Shown here: piece by piece, positions 15,984 to 26,638 of the stretch | Layout: each line of letters starts with the position of its first letter | Numbering within the stretch: position 1 is the first letter of the stretch | Source: Methanoregulaceae archaeon | GTDB taxonomy: Archaea; Halobacteriota; Methanomicrobia; Methanomicrobiales; Methanospirillaceae | Direction: 5' to 3' | NCBI GenBank assembly: GCA_028679325.1 | Contig: JAJRBS010000171.1 | Span: forward strand, 1-48,777 | Length of the DNA stretch: 48,777 bases | Translations under genes and position numbers: made by a program | Notes under the pieces: model-generated | What the model saw: only the letters and a program-made list of their open reading frames with translations | Database searches by the model: none | What the model was told of the DNA's origin: nothing

Positions 15984-16136
15984 TTTTCCTGATAGTCGTC
16001 AGAAATTACATACATCTAGGTATATTTACTCTATGGTTCCCGCATTTGCCGGGCATATCCGGGCACATTAATTTTCCTGGTAGTCGTCAGAAATACATTC
16101 ATTCACTCTGTGGTTCCTGCATCTGCCGGGCAAATC
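15984..16136. repeat. Imperfect direct repeat, two copies about 88 bp apart
   Basis: TTTTCCTGrTAGTCGTCAGAAAT...ACTCTrTGGTTCCyGCATyTGCCGGGCAwATC at ~15984-16059 and ~16072-16136. Confidence 0.8.
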
Positions 16137-16473
16137 TTTAAAATACTTTGATGGTTACGTCCCATGGATGCCGATTCATTCAGGGTCGTGCATGTCAGGA
16201 TCGTGACCATGAGAACCTATGAGAATACAAAAAACCTCCTCGTCACAATGCGGAACGGAAAAGGACACAGGACAAGGGATATTGAACGACTGGTGGATAT
16301 CTTCGAGAGAATGAACAGGAGAGGGAAGAGGGACTGACGAAATCTTCTCCTGGTTTTTGCGTTTTCTCTTGAGACCTGGATCACTGGTCGTCCAGCCCTG
16401 TCAAGCCCGGGTTCTTCACATTCCGGATGCCCTCGGGTAACGCCCCGGAACCTCATCCCTTCCGCCGTATCTT

Positions 16474-16803
16474 TCAGGAGACTTTTTTCAATATTTCCTT
16501 CGCCCGGCCAACCCCCTCTCCCTCCAGCCGGTCATCTCTCTTGATATCCTTTCCTATCCGGATGAGACCATCGATGTCAGCCCTTGAGAGCCGGGTAAAA
16601 GAGCACTGTTCCCAGTCCTGCCGGACCATGAATACCCAGCACTCCCCAAGGATGAATTTGACCATCTCTATGTCGAGTGCCGAGTAAAGTTTCCAGTCCT
16701 GCCCAAGGTTCCTCCGGATCTTTTCCATTGCCGATTCCACGGCACGGTCCCTGTGGACCTGGAAGATCCTCCGTCCCCGTTCCTCATCGGTCACTTCAGG
16801 CAT
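16474..16803 (-). CDS. Hypothetical protein, last gene of A-type ATPase operon 1
   Basis: Start overlaps the atpD stop (ATGCCTGA); paralogous to 15646-15969. Confidence 0.85.
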   Translation of the reverse strand: MPEVTDEERGRRIFQVHRDRAVESAMEKIRRNLGQDWKLYSALDIEMVKFILGECWVFMVRQDWEQCSFTRLSRADIDGLIRIGKDIKRDDRLEGEGVGRAKEILKKVS

Positions 16804-17455
16804 AGGAACCTGCCGTTTCAGTTTTTTTCTTCTTTCGCTCGATGATCTTTTTCACCTTCTTCAGGCGGTAAAGATCTTCGCGGTCACGTTCATCGATGGT
16901 GATCTCGATGTACTTCGCCTGCCTCCGGAGCTCAGGGATGAGAATCTGTTCGAGGGCGTTCACTCTCCTCCGGGTCATCTGGATCTCGTTTCCCACCCTC
17001 CGGAGCGCGGTCTCGGTCTCGGCGAGGGAGATGATGAGGTCCAGTTCAGCCTCGAATTTTTCAGCCGTCTCGTCTATCCGGCCGCTGACCCCGAGGATGC
17101 TGTATCCGCGTTCAAAGAGACTCTTCACAAACCTCCTCTTCTCGATGATCGGAACCGGCACCCCCATGATATTCTTTCCCTTGATATCAAGGGTTATACC
17201 CTGTCTTGTCGCAAAGGAGGCAGATTTGAGGGTCACGGGATCATCGATGGCCATGGCGATCAGGAGGCTGTGCTGGGCGGCATTCGAGAGCTTCTCGAGC
17301 TGGTCCCGGGACATCGAGACGGTCTCCATGATATGAAAAAATTCCCGGATGAGGGCGTCCATTTTCTCCCGTAAGAGATCCCGCCCCTGCTCGGCCAGTT
17401 TTATCTGGGCATTCTTCTTGATAAGTTCCATCCGGGTGGGATTGATCTGCTCCAT
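16796..17455 (-). CDS. atpD: A/V-type ATP synthase subunit D (operon 1)
   Basis: NPTRMEL, NIMGVPVP, TRRRVNALE. Confidence 0.96.
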   Translation of the reverse strand: MEQINPTRMELIKKNAQIKLAEQGRDLLREKMDALIREFFHIMETVSMSRDQLEKLSNAAQHSLLIAMAIDDPVTLKSASFATRQGITLDIKGKNIMGVPVPIIEKRRFVKSLFERGYSILGVSGRIDETAEKFEAELDLIISLAETETALRRVGNEIQMTRRRVNALEQILIPELRRQAKYIEITIDERDREDLYRLKKVKKIIERKKKKTETAGSYA

Positions 17456-17459
17456 TCCT

Positions 17460-18857
17460 TTACTCCTTGCGGTGGGTGGGGTGATACTTCTGGATATAGT
17501 CCCGTTTGATCCTCTTCAATTCATCCTCGGGAAGGGTGGCAAACAGGTGCCATCCGATGTCAAGGGTCTGGCTGATGGTCCGGTTCTCGTCACCCTGGGT
17601 GATGAACTGCCTTTCGAAATCATCGGCAAATTTCAGGTACTTCTTATCGAGCTCGGTCAGTGCTTCCTCCCCGACTATGGCGACGAGCCTTCTTAAGTCT
17701 CTTCCATAAGCATACGAGGCGTAGAGCTGGTCGGCCACATTGCGGTGATCTTCCCGGGTCTTCCCGGGGCCGATACCCAGATTCATGAGACGTGAGAGGC
17801 AGGGGAGGGCGTCGACCGGAGGATCGGCACCGCGACGGAAGAGGTCCCGGGAAAGGACGATCTGTCCTTCCGTGATGTAGCCGGTGAGATCCGGTACCGG
17901 GTGGGTGATGTCATCATCAGGCATGGTCAGGATGGGGATCTGTGTGATGGATCCCTTACTTCCCTTGACCCTCCCTGCACGTTCGTAGATGGAGGCCAGG
18001 TCGGTGTACATGTATCCCGGATAGCCCCTCCTCCCCGGGACTTCTTCCCGGGCAGTGGAGATCTCACGAAGTGCCTCGCAATAGTTGATCATGTCGGTCA
18101 GGATGACCAGCACGTGGAGGTCGTGGGTATATGCCAGGAACTCCGCCGTGGTCAGTGCGACCCGGGGGGTAGCGATCCGCTCGATTGTCGGATCGTCGGC
18201 AAGGTTCATGAAGAAGACCACCCGTTCCAGAGCGCCGGTCCTCTCGAAATCCTTCATGAAGAACGAGGCTTCTTTATAGGTGATTCCCATGGCGACAAAG
18301 ACCACAGCAAACTTCTCCTCCTCACCGAGCACCCGGGCCTGGCGGGCGATCTGGGCCGCCAGCTTGTTGGCCGGGAGCCCGGCACCTGAGAAGATGGGGA
18401 GCTTCTGACCCCGTACCAGCGTGTTAAGGCCGTCTATGGTTGACATCCCGGTCTGGATGAAATCCGCCGGAGTGTCCCGGGCGGAAGGATTGATGGGCAT
18501 ACCATGGATGTCAAGGTTCGCCTCTTCCATGATCTCCGGGCCTTTGTCCCGTATCTTGCCCACGCCATCAAAGATACGGCCCAGCATGTCGACAGAGACA
18601 CGTATTCTCGGAGGCTCCCCCGTAAACCGGACCCGTGTCTTCAGGGTATCGATGCCGCTTGTGCCCTCGTATACCTGGACGACAGCCATATCCTTCGAGA
18701 TGTCGAGGACCTGCCCTGTCCTCTCATCGCCGTTCGGCGTAACGATCCGGACGACCTCACCGTAGGAGACCCCTTTCACGTTCTGGACAAATATCAGCGG
18801 GCCTGAGACATACCCGACGGTCCTGGACTCCTTGGAATACAGCGGTGTTCCGGTCAT
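17460..18857 (-). CDS. atpB: A/V-type ATP synthase subunit B (operon 1)
   Basis: [37 protein letters not shown]. Confidence 0.97.
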   Translation of the reverse strand: MTGTPLYSKESRTVGYVSGPLIFVQNVKGVSYGEVVRIVTPNGDERTGQVLDISKDMAVVQVYEGTSGIDTLKTRVRFTGEPPRIRVSVDMLGRIFDGVGKIRDKGPEIMEEANLDIHGMPINPSARDTPADFIQTGMSTIDGLNTLVRGQKLPIFSGAGLPANKLAAQIARQARVLGEEEKFAVVFVAMGITYKEASFFMKDFERTGALERVVFFMNLADDPTIERIATPRVALTTAEFLAYTHDLHVLVILTDMINYCEALREISTAREEVPGRRGYPGYMYTDLASIYERAGRVKGSKGSITQIPILTMPDDDITHPVPDLTGYITEGQIVLSRDLFRRGADPPVDALPCLSRLMNLGIGPGKTREDHRNVADQLYASYAYGRDLRRLVAIVGEEALTELDKKYLKFADDFERQFITQGDENRTISQTLDIGWHLFATLPEDELKRIKRDYIQKYHPTHRKE

Positions 18858-20590
18858 TCTCCCTCGAGCCCCCTGAGTTCATCGTTGATATGGGAGACCA
18901 GCCCCTTGATCTGCTCCACATCGGTAAGTTCTTTCATTCGCCCGATCTCTGCCTTGACGGGGATCTTCAGGATTTTCGTGAGGGGTACACCCCGTCCCAT
19001 GGCCTGGTTCACACGTTCGTAGAATGCGATGATGACCTTCAGCATCCAGTATTGCTTGTCGAGCGGGCAGAACGAATCGACCTCGTGATAGGCGCTCTGC
19101 TGGAGGAAATCCTCGCGTATCATCCGGGTTACCTCAAGGATTGCCTTCTCGCTCTCCGGCAGTGCATCAGGTCCGACAAGCTGCACGATCTCCTGGAGCT
19201 CGACCTCCTTCTGGAGGAGGTACATGGTCTGTGCCCGAAGATCCTTCCAATCCGCAAAACCGGTCTTTTCATACCACTCCCTCACCTGCTCAAGGTAGAG
19301 TGAATAGCTCTTGATCCAGTTCACGGACGGGAAATGGCGCCGGTAAGCGAGGCTCGTGTCAAGCGCCCAGAAGGTGCCGGTTATCCTGAGGGTATTCTGG
19401 GTGATTGGTTCTGAGAAGTCGCCGCCGGGAGGCGAGACAGCGCCGACAACGGTGATAGAACCCAGCCGTTCCCCGGAACCAAGGCAGACGACACGGCCTG
19501 CCCTCTCATAGAATGCAGCGAGCCTCGTTGCCAGGTAGGCGGGATAGCCCTCTTCGCCCGGCATCTCCTCGAGCCGCCCGGAAACCTCGCGGAGCGCCTC
19601 ACCCCAGCGCGAGGTGGAGTCTGCCATCAGGGCAACGTCATAGCCCATATCGCGGTAATATTCTGCCAGAGTGATGCCCGTGTAGATCGACGCCTCGCGG
19701 GCAGCGACAGGCATATTGGAGGTGTTTGCGATCAGGATGGTCCTCTGGATAAGGGGAAGGTTGGTCCGGGGATCCAGCAGTTCGGGGAATTCGGTCAGGA
19801 CATCGGTCATCTCGTTCCCGCGTTCACCGCACCCGATATAGACCACGATCTGGGTATCGGACCACTTGGCAAGGGTCTGTTCGGCAACGGTCTTTCCTGT
19901 TCCAAAACCTCCCGGTATCATCGCCGTCCCCCCCTTGGTTACCGGGAAGAGGGTATCAAAGACCCTCTGGCCGGTGGCAAGGAGAGTATCAGGGTCCATC
20001 TTCCGGGTATATGGCCTCCCTTTCCGAACAGGCCACGTCTGCATCAGGGAAATTTCTGTACCGTCTTCGAGCCGGGCGATGGTATCATCCACCTTGAACT
20101 TCCCTTCGAAGATCTCGCGGATAGTGCCGGAAACGAGCGGGGGGACCATGACCCGGTGCTCGATATGGTACTCGGTAACGGTTCCGATAACATCGCCCCC
20201 GGTTACCTGGTCACCTTTCCGGGCCCGGGGGAGAAACTCCCAGGAACGCTCTCTTGAGAGCCCGGGCAGCGAGATGCCCCGCGTGATGAAATTTCCGCTC
20301 TTCTCTGCCAGGAGGGGGAGGGGGCGCTGGATGCCATCGTAAATAGACGAGAGGAGACCCGGGCCCAGTTCCACCGACAGGGGAAGCCCGGTGTTTACCA
20401 CCTTCTCCCCCACCTTCAGGCCTGTGGTATCCTCATAGACCTGGATGACCGCCTGGTCGCCATCGAGCCGGATAATTTCGCCGTTCAGCTCCTGTTCACC
20501 AACCTTCACCACATCATACATCTGGGATCCCCGGAGCCTTTCAGAAAGGACCACGGGGCCAGAAATCCTTGAAACAACGCCGCTGATCAT
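18854..20590 (-). CDS. atpA: A/V-type ATP synthase subunit A (operon 1)
   Basis: Walker [32 protein letters not shown]. Confidence 0.97.
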   Translation of the reverse strand: MISGVVSRISGPVVLSERLRGSQMYDVVKVGEQELNGEIIRLDGDQAVIQVYEDTTGLKVGEKVVNTGLPLSVELGPGLLSSIYDGIQRPLPLLAEKSGNFITRGISLPGLSRERSWEFLPRARKGDQVTGGDVIGTVTEYHIEHRVMVPPLVSGTIREIFEGKFKVDDTIARLEDGTEISLMQTWPVRKGRPYTRKMDPDTLLATGQRVFDTLFPVTKGGTAMIPGGFGTGKTVAEQTLAKWSDTQIVVYIGCGERGNEMTDVLTEFPELLDPRTNLPLIQRTILIANTSNMPVAAREASIYTGITLAEYYRDMGYDVALMADSTSRWGEALREVSGRLEEMPGEEGYPAYLATRLAAFYERAGRVVCLGSGERLGSITVVGAVSPPGGDFSEPITQNTLRITGTFWALDTSLAYRRHFPSVNWIKSYSLYLEQVREWYEKTGFADWKDLRAQTMYLLQKEVELQEIVQLVGPDALPESEKAILEVTRMIREDFLQQSAYHEVDSFCPLDKQYWMLKVIIAFYERVNQAMGRGVPLTKILKIPVKAEIGRMKELTDVEQIKGLVSHINDELRGLEGE

Positions 20591-20595
20591 GGTTA

Positions 20596-20916
20596 CTACT
20601 TCCGAAGCACGATGTTGTACCCGATTGCCCGCCGGAGAAGTTTTTCTATGTAACTGGTCCTGTCGAGCTTCCTTGACCCTGCGGGTATGGGGATGATGAT
20701 CGGCCGGTATGACTTCTCAATCTTCTCCAGTGTTTTCTCATCGAGGAGCGCCATGTAGTCCTCGTTCATCGCAATAATGCCGGTATCATCCCTGGCAAGC
20801 AGGGAGGGCAGCAGCGCTGCTGCCTCACCGGGGTCCGGTATCTCCATGACCTCCACCCCGGCCAGGCGGAATCCCGGCGCTGTGTCAGGGTCAGTGACGA
20901 TGATGAATTTATACAC
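20596..20916 (-). CDS. atpF: A/V-type ATP synthase subunit F
   Basis: [17 protein letters not shown]; located between C and A. Confidence 0.93.
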   Translation of the reverse strand: MYKFIIVTDPDTAPGFRLAGVEVMEIPDPGEAAALLPSLLARDDTGIIAMNEDYMALLDEKTLEKIEKSYRPIIIPIPAGSRKLDRTSYIEKLLRRAIGYNIVLRK

Positions 20917-21961
20917 TGATCAGCGCCTCCCTGAGATCTTTTTCAGGAACCTCGGAGACAAGGCACCGGGCTATGACCCTGATATTGGTCACTTCTGCGT
21001 ACTTTGCCCACGTGTATGCTATGGCATAGGCGATCGAGAGCGGGTCACCAATGAAGTAGCCAATCCCTTTCCTGACAAGATACCTGTCCAGTTCCTTTTC
21101 AAAGGCCGAGATCTTCTGCGCCGAGACATATTCGGGGGGAACCTGCGTCAGGAACTGGTAGCTCGTGTGTTCGAGGTGTTTCAGGGCCCCCTCGAGAGTT
21201 CCGCCCTTCATCATGGAGAGGAGGGTGGCCAGGCCAAGTTCACTGCTCCCTTCGAGGAGATACCGTTTTGCATCTTCGCGATCTATCTGGTCCCGGAGCA
21301 CCCGGAATACGGTCCGGAGATTGCTGATATCGATCTCTGTGATGACCATATCCCTGATGACCCGGTGGTCCTCTGTCTCTCCCCCCTTCAGGGTCGCCAG
21401 GGCATACTGGTAGTAATACGTATCGATGGCGTATTCGAGCACCAGCATATCCCGGGTATCGGAATACTCCTTGAAAGCCTTCGTCAGCGGGCGGGAATAG
21501 ACGATGCCCCAGGTGGCAAGCAGGTCGATGACTGACTTGACATCCGGCTGTTTGACAAGCTCGGTGAGCGCCGCTTCATCAAGCTCCCCGGCCGGGATCG
21601 TGCAGTCGAGTATCTCGCCGGGCGTGGCGTGAATTCTCTTCCCCCGGAGGATGGTCTTGATATTCTGGACATCATACCGGTTGAGGGTGATGGCAAGGAG
21701 ATTCTCCTCTTCTTCTCCGGATGTAAAACTGAGGAGGTTCCTGAATGCCCTGACAAGATCTTTCCGGAGAGCGTACTCAATGCGGGTGACGCCGGAGTAC
21801 TGGACTCCTGCCCTCTCCAGTTCTTCCCGGTACGGCGTTTTCTCGAGTTCGGTGATGAGAGCGTCAATATCATGCTTGTTGATCAACTGGTCCAGCTGGC
21901 GGCGATCGAGAAGGCGGCTCTTCATGGCCCGGATCCGGGAGTTCACGTATGCATATTCCAT
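20909..21961 (-). CDS. atpC: A/V-type ATP synthase subunit C
   Basis: YAYVNSRIRAMKSRLL, DVQNIKTILRG, EVTNIRVIAR. Confidence 0.94.
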   Translation of the reverse strand: MEYAYVNSRIRAMKSRLLDRRQLDQLINKHDIDALITELEKTPYREELERAGVQYSGVTRIEYALRKDLVRAFRNLLSFTSGEEEENLLAITLNRYDVQNIKTILRGKRIHATPGEILDCTIPAGELDEAALTELVKQPDVKSVIDLLATWGIVYSRPLTKAFKEYSDTRDMLVLEYAIDTYYYQYALATLKGGETEDHRVIRDMVITEIDISNLRTVFRVLRDQIDREDAKRYLLEGSSELGLATLLSMMKGGTLEGALKHLEHTSYQFLTQVPPEYVSAQKISAFEKELDRYLVRKGIGYFIGDPLSIAYAIAYTWAKYAEVTNIRVIARCLVSEVPEKDLREALISV

Positions 21962-21962
21962 G

Positions 21963-22547
21963 TCAGTCACCGAACAGGATAGCAACAATGTCAGGCCTGT
22001 AGACTTCTCCGGCCTTCTTCAGGCGGGATTCGATGGTATTGACGATTGTGAAACGCTCGTCACGGGTGTTTGCGCTCAACCCGCCGGCAGAGACCAGGTC
22101 GGGTATCACATCATAGTTTAAGGACCTCTCGAGAAGGAGCTCCCTGCAGAGGAGTGAATCCCTCGGATCGATATGCAGAATGACATCTTTCTCTCCGAGT
22201 TCAGAGACGACTTCACCGAGCATTCTATTGAATCCTGTCCTGTACCCCGGTTGTTCCCGTATGGCGGCCAGTCTTCTCTCCGCTTCGTCAAGCGCGGCCT
22301 GGAAGATCTCGTTTTTCATCTTCAGGATCTCCCGCTGGTTCTCTTTCCGTATGGAAGAGAGGAGCCGGTTCCGCTGAAGCTCGACTTCTGCAACCGCCTT
22401 GTCATGGTGACGCTTCCGGATAGACCCGCCCCTGCTCTGGGCCTCCCGGATGATCTCATCTGCTTCGGCCTTTGAGCGTTCCTGGATCTCATGGAGACGT
22501 TCCTGGGCGCTCACCTCAACGGAACCGATCAAGTCTTCAAGTGCCAT
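21963..22547 (-). CDS. atpE: A/V-type ATP synthase subunit E (operon 1)
   Basis: N-terminal coiled coil, AGGL...VNTIESRL...ILF; operon position. Confidence 0.9.
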   Translation of the reverse strand: MALEDLIGSVEVSAQERLHEIQERSKAEADEIIREAQSRGGSIRKRHHDKAVAEVELQRNRLLSSIRKENQREILKMKNEIFQAALDEAERRLAAIREQPGYRTGFNRMLGEVVSELGEKDVILHIDPRDSLLCRELLLERSLNYDVIPDLVSAGGLSANTRDERFTIVNTIESRLKKAGEVYRPDIVAILFGD

Positions 22548-22577
22548 GTCTTCACCAGCACCTTCAGATGCCTCGTC

Positions 22578-22796
22578 TCAGACGAGCATGATCATGATCA
22601 TAGTAGCGACGACAAAACCCAGAATGACGAGAGTTTCAGGGATCGCCACCATGATGATCATCAGCCCAAAGAGATCCGGTTTTTCCGCGATCGTCCCTGC
22701 TCCCGCCGCACCAATCTTTGACTGTGCAATACCGGTACCAAGCGCTCCAAGCCCGAATGCGATGCCTGCCCCAACGGGGATTCCCCAATCAACCAT
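22578..22796 (-). CDS. atpK: A-type ATP synthase proteolipid subunit K/c, single hairpin
   Basis: GIAQSKIGAAGAG...AIPETLVILGF, 72 aa. Confidence 0.95.
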   Translation of the reverse strand: MVDWGIPVGAGIAFGLGALGTGIAQSKIGAAGAGTIAEKPDLFGLMIIMVAIPETLVILGFVVATMIMIMLV

Positions 22797-22996
22797 TCAC
22801 ATCAGTCTCCTGTAAAATTTCGCGCCGCCGGTATGTGCACAGGCGGCACACTCCATTTTGTTCTCCTGCCTTACAGAGGATATCACCTGACGGTTGTAAC
22901 CGCGGATACCCGGAATGACCCGTTCCTCGCTCATGTCTCAGGATTACATGACTCATTCCCTACCTTTTATCTGGAACTTAATCTCTCTGTCAGTCA

Positions 22997-24946
22997 TCAG
23001 GAATTCCCACTGTCTTCTTTCTTGAAGGGGCTGTACAATTTTCCCCCTCCTGCATAGAACTTTGAATCGAATTCCACCAGGTGCAGACGGAGCGAGTGGA
23101 GGAACGGGCTGAAAATGGCAAGAACAATGTTCATGGCATGGAGGAGCGCCGCAATCACGAATCCGACGATTGCAACTTCCGCCATCCCTCCCAGGGTGTT
23201 CGCGACGAGTGCCAGGATGACTGAGGCCATCCCGATGGCCATGATACGTGCATAGGACAGGATGTTTCCCATCGTGCTGATGATCTCGAAGGTGCCGAAA
23301 AATCCTCCTCCGTAAATAAGGAGGGGGAGGGCAAGGACAATCATTATGATTCCGAGGACAATCAGCGATGCGGGGATGACCACTGCCGCAGCACAGATGG
23401 CAATGATCAGGCCAGTGATGGCGATCATCATCCCGACCTTCTCACAGATGTGTTTCTTGGCCTTGGCGACATGCCGGTGGCAGCTGATCTCCGAATAGGC
23501 ATTCAGGACACCGATTCCCAGCCCTAAAAAGACATGGAATATCCCGATTGTTATAGCCAGCAGGAGGAATGGCACAATCGCCTCGACACGATCCCAGGTT
23601 ATTCCCATGAACGTGACCGGCTCGAGCCACCCCATCTCCTGACCAAGGTTTCCGAAGAATTCACCAAAGATGAACCCGAAGAATATGGCCCAGAGTGCCC
23701 CCATAATGACAATGTTTCCCAGGTGCTGGGCCCAATCAACCCCGGCCATTTTCCACTTTATCAGGAGTGCAATACCTATAATGATGAGGCCGTAGGCTAT
23801 GTCGCCGACCATCAGCCCAAAGAATATCGGTAAGAATATGGCCATCAGCGGGCTCGGGTCAAATTCCGTAGATTTCGCCGGGCTGACGACCTTCATCAGG
23901 TATTCAAACGGTTTGACTATCCGGGGATTGTCGTAAAAAGTCGGTGCATTGGCCATCTCTTCCGGTGTGATGGGAATTTCGTTGACCAGCACACGCCCGC
24001 CAAAATTGTCCCGGAGCTCGTTCTGGGTATTCTTGAAAAATTTCTTGGGAATCCACCCTATCAGGACAAAGGTATAGTCGGTCTGTCCCAGACGTGAAAA
24101 GACGCCGAGTTCTTCATTCCTGTCCTCAAGTATCTGCTTGAGAGCAGTGAGTTCGACGGAGCGTTCGGTTGAGATCTTCACGAGCTCTGTGTTGATACGG
24201 GTCATCTCCTGCGTGGCGTCGCTCTTCTTCTGCTCTATCAGGGTGTAAACCTCGGAAAAAGGCTTTCCCAGGTACTCGGGGGGCAGCCGTATCTCGTTGA
24301 CATTCTGGGTGAAGAGGAAAGAATGAACCTGCTCGGAATACTTCTTATTGAAGATGGTCACCGCTGCAAGCGTCGACTCATCGACATCGGCGGAGATCAG
24401 TTCGAACTGTTTCCTGGTGATATCGGTGAGGTTACTCCGGATGACTTCGAGCAGGTCCTTGAATTCCTTCTGGATAAGGAGGACTGTAACCTCAAAGCCT
24501 TCCAGGATGGGGAGGGTGCTTTCAAGGGGGCGGATCTTGTCGATGATCTTTTCATACCGAGTCAGGTTCGCAAGCGCCAGCTCAATCTCGCTCTTTGATG
24601 ATGCAAGGTTCCTGGTGACCGGGTCAAGCTCGGAAATGACGCTGTTTGTCCGGGAGATGAGCTCGGCATGTTCCATAGCCCGGAACTTTTCAAATGCGGC
24701 GGCGACCTCCTTCTTTTCCAGGGAGATCTTCGGAAGGGTGAGGAGAATAACTCCGATCTTTCCCAGGGCCGCGGAGATGCTGTCGGCCTCGTCTACACTC
24801 ATTCTCCGGAGCATAACCCCGCCCACGGTTCCTTCCGCCGTTGCATCCTCTATCTGGACTGTTCCTTTCCGGTAGAGCAGGTCCATGACATTGTGAAGGT
24901 CCTCCTGGGGACCTATCACCTGGATCTTCATCATCTTCTGAAGCAT
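22997..24946 (-). CDS. atpI: A/V-type ATP synthase subunit I/a (operon 1)
   Basis: GWIP, DPSP, FFGLMVGDIAYG, SYARIMA (essential Arg), HSLRLHLVEF. Confidence 0.96.
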   Translation of the reverse strand: MLQKMMKIQVIGPQEDLHNVMDLLYRKGTVQIEDATAEGTVGGVMLRRMSVDEADSISAALGKIGVILLTLPKISLEKKEVAAAFEKFRAMEHAELISRTNSVISELDPVTRNLASSKSEIELALANLTRYEKIIDKIRPLESTLPILEGFEVTVLLIQKEFKDLLEVIRSNLTDITRKQFELISADVDESTLAAVTIFNKKYSEQVHSFLFTQNVNEIRLPPEYLGKPFSEVYTLIEQKKSDATQEMTRINTELVKISTERSVELTALKQILEDRNEELGVFSRLGQTDYTFVLIGWIPKKFFKNTQNELRDNFGGRVLVNEIPITPEEMANAPTFYDNPRIVKPFEYLMKVVSPAKSTEFDPSPLMAIFLPIFFGLMVGDIAYGLIIIGIALLIKWKMAGVDWAQHLGNIVIMGALWAIFFGFIFGEFFGNLGQEMGWLEPVTFMGITWDRVEAIVPFLLLAITIGIFHVFLGLGIGVLNAYSEISCHRHVAKAKKHICEKVGMMIAITGLIIAICAAAVVIPASLIVLGIIMIVLALPLLIYGGGFFGTFEIISTMGNILSYARIMAIGMASVILALVANTLGGMAEVAIVGFVIAALLHAMNIVLAIFSPFLHSLRLHLVEFDSKFYAGGGKLYSPFKKEDSGNS

Positions 24947-24952
24947 AGGCCT

Positions 24953-25273
24953 CTAGTCCGGAAGCACAAGGCTTACTATCTTCTCAACTGCCCCTGGCAG
25001 ATTCTTCCCGCCCCGGTCACGAATTGCCGTGATCTCATGCACCCGTTCGGCCCGAAGGCGGTCGGCCTCTGCATTGAGCCTTTTCATTTCGCCCTGAAGA
25101 TATTCACCGGCTTCCCTTTCTGCCTCCGTCTCTTCTCTGTTCAGAAGGGCAGAAGCCTCCCGGGAAGCCTGGTCGAGCACCTGATCGGCCTTGTTCCTCT
25201 CCTGGTCGATCCTGACGCTCATCTCAAGCTCCTTCTCACGGATCTTCTGCAAAAGTGATTTTTCAGTCTCCAT
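24953..25273 (-). CDS. atpH: A-type ATP synthase subunit H (G-like peripheral stalk)
   Basis: LLQKIREKE, coiled coil, AVEKIV; first gene of the operon, GGAG RBS upstream. Confidence 0.82.
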   Translation of the reverse strand: METEKSLLQKIREKELEMSVRIDQERNKADQVLDQASREASALLNREETEAEREAGEYLQGEMKRLNAEADRLRAERVHEITAIRDRGGKNLPGAVEKIVSLVLPD

Positions 25274-26019
25274 GCCAAAATCTCCTGGAACCAACGGAGC
25301 AGCTCAAAAAACGAGCCGGCCATATACCAATGATGCAGCTGCTCTCACTCATCGACGTCCTCCATGCACCCGCGAGGGTGTTCTACCTGCGGTTTTTCTG
25401 TCTTTTTACAGGTTTCTATTCTCGAAGTCTCTTCATATACACCGCGGATATCAAATTCGCGGGAATCCCTGTTACTGTACTATTCTCCCTCTTCACGGAT
25501 CTTAACGGGAGCTACAAGCCATGTCTGTTCTTCAGGAGTGAGGAGATCCCATGCGGGGGGGGCTGGGATTCTTTCCGGTCTCCGCACTCCTTTGATGCAT
25601 TTTCGATGCGCTCCTCGCACCTACGGATAGCCATGAGTTTCAGTCTTTGAATCATTTCGGAGTTTTTCACAGACATAGGGTTGACCACTCTGTCGTCAGG
25701 TTGGGATCGCGAGATCCTTCATTTACGAGACGATAAAACTATGCTCGAGGGAAAACGGAGGGAGAATGATGCTTCCCCCCCGGTTTATTTCAGATCGAAC
25801 CTTTCTCCTCTCAGACCAGACTTTTGAAAGGCCGGTCTGCTGCGTCGATCCGGCTCTGATTGCCGAGGGTAGGATGTCGGAAGAAACAGCTGAGGTATGA
25901 TATATCCAGGGCGCGGGTCGGACTGGAAAGATGACGAGGATGAGGATTCCAAAGAGACCGATCAAAACATGGAATTTTTTATCCCAGCCTGTTATACCCT
26001 ACAGTGAAAGGGTTTTTTC

Positions 26020-26631
26020 ATGGTGGAAGATATCAGGGACCTTATCGAAAAAATCAACCAGGACGGGATCAGGGCAGCAGAGGAGAAGGCCCGGGATATC
26101 GAGGATGCCGCCCGCCGGAGGGCCGATGACATCATCGCAGCAGCACAGCATGACGCGGAAAATCTGATCTCTGCAGCGAAGGAGAGGATTCGCCGCGAAG
26201 ACGAGAAGGAGAGAACCCTGCTTGTCCAGGCAGGGAGGGATATGCTCCTCTCTCTCCGCGAGGAGATCAATGCCATGCTGGGACGTATCCTGGTAACAGA
26301 TATCCGGAAATCCCTGACCCCCGAGGCACTCTCCATGATCCTGGCAGAAGCGGTCAGGAAATCTGGCAATGAGGCGTCCGGGGACATCATTATCTTCCTC
26401 TCTCCGGAAGACCGTGAAACTCTCGAGCAGAATTTTATGGCACGACTCAGGGAAGAAACAGGAAAAAAGATAGTCGTCAGGCCTTTGGGAGACATCTCCC
26501 GAGGCTTTTCCATCAGTTATGACCGCGGAAAATCCTGCTATGATTTTTCCGACAAGGCCCTGGCAGAGTATATCGGGACATACCTGAAGCCGAGGTTAAA
26601 CCGGATCCTCGAGGAATCTACTAAGGATTGA
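26020..26631 (+). CDS. atpE: V-type ATPase subunit E (operon 2, bacterial type)
   Basis: LIEKINQDGI, GFSI, YDFSDKALAEY..YLKPRL. Confidence 0.9.
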   Translation: MVEDIRDLIEKINQDGIRAAEEKARDIEDAARRRADDIIAAAQHDAENLISAAKERIRREDEKERTLLVQAGRDMLLSLREEINAMLGRILVTDIRKSLTPEALSMILAEAVRKSGNEASGDIIIFLSPEDRETLEQNFMARLREETGKKIVVRPLGDISRGFSISYDRGKSCYDFSDKALAEYIGTYLKPRLNRILEESTKD

Positions 26632-26638
26632 GAAGAGG

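Noticed and set aside
15984..16136. Direct repeat as mini-CRISPR or IS ends
   Set aside because: Only two long degenerate copies, similarity spans the would-be spacer, no inverted ends or transposase
25692..26480. GTCGTCAG motif shared with the 16 kb repeat
   Set aside because: Short; one copy lies inside atpE coding sequence; compatible with chance
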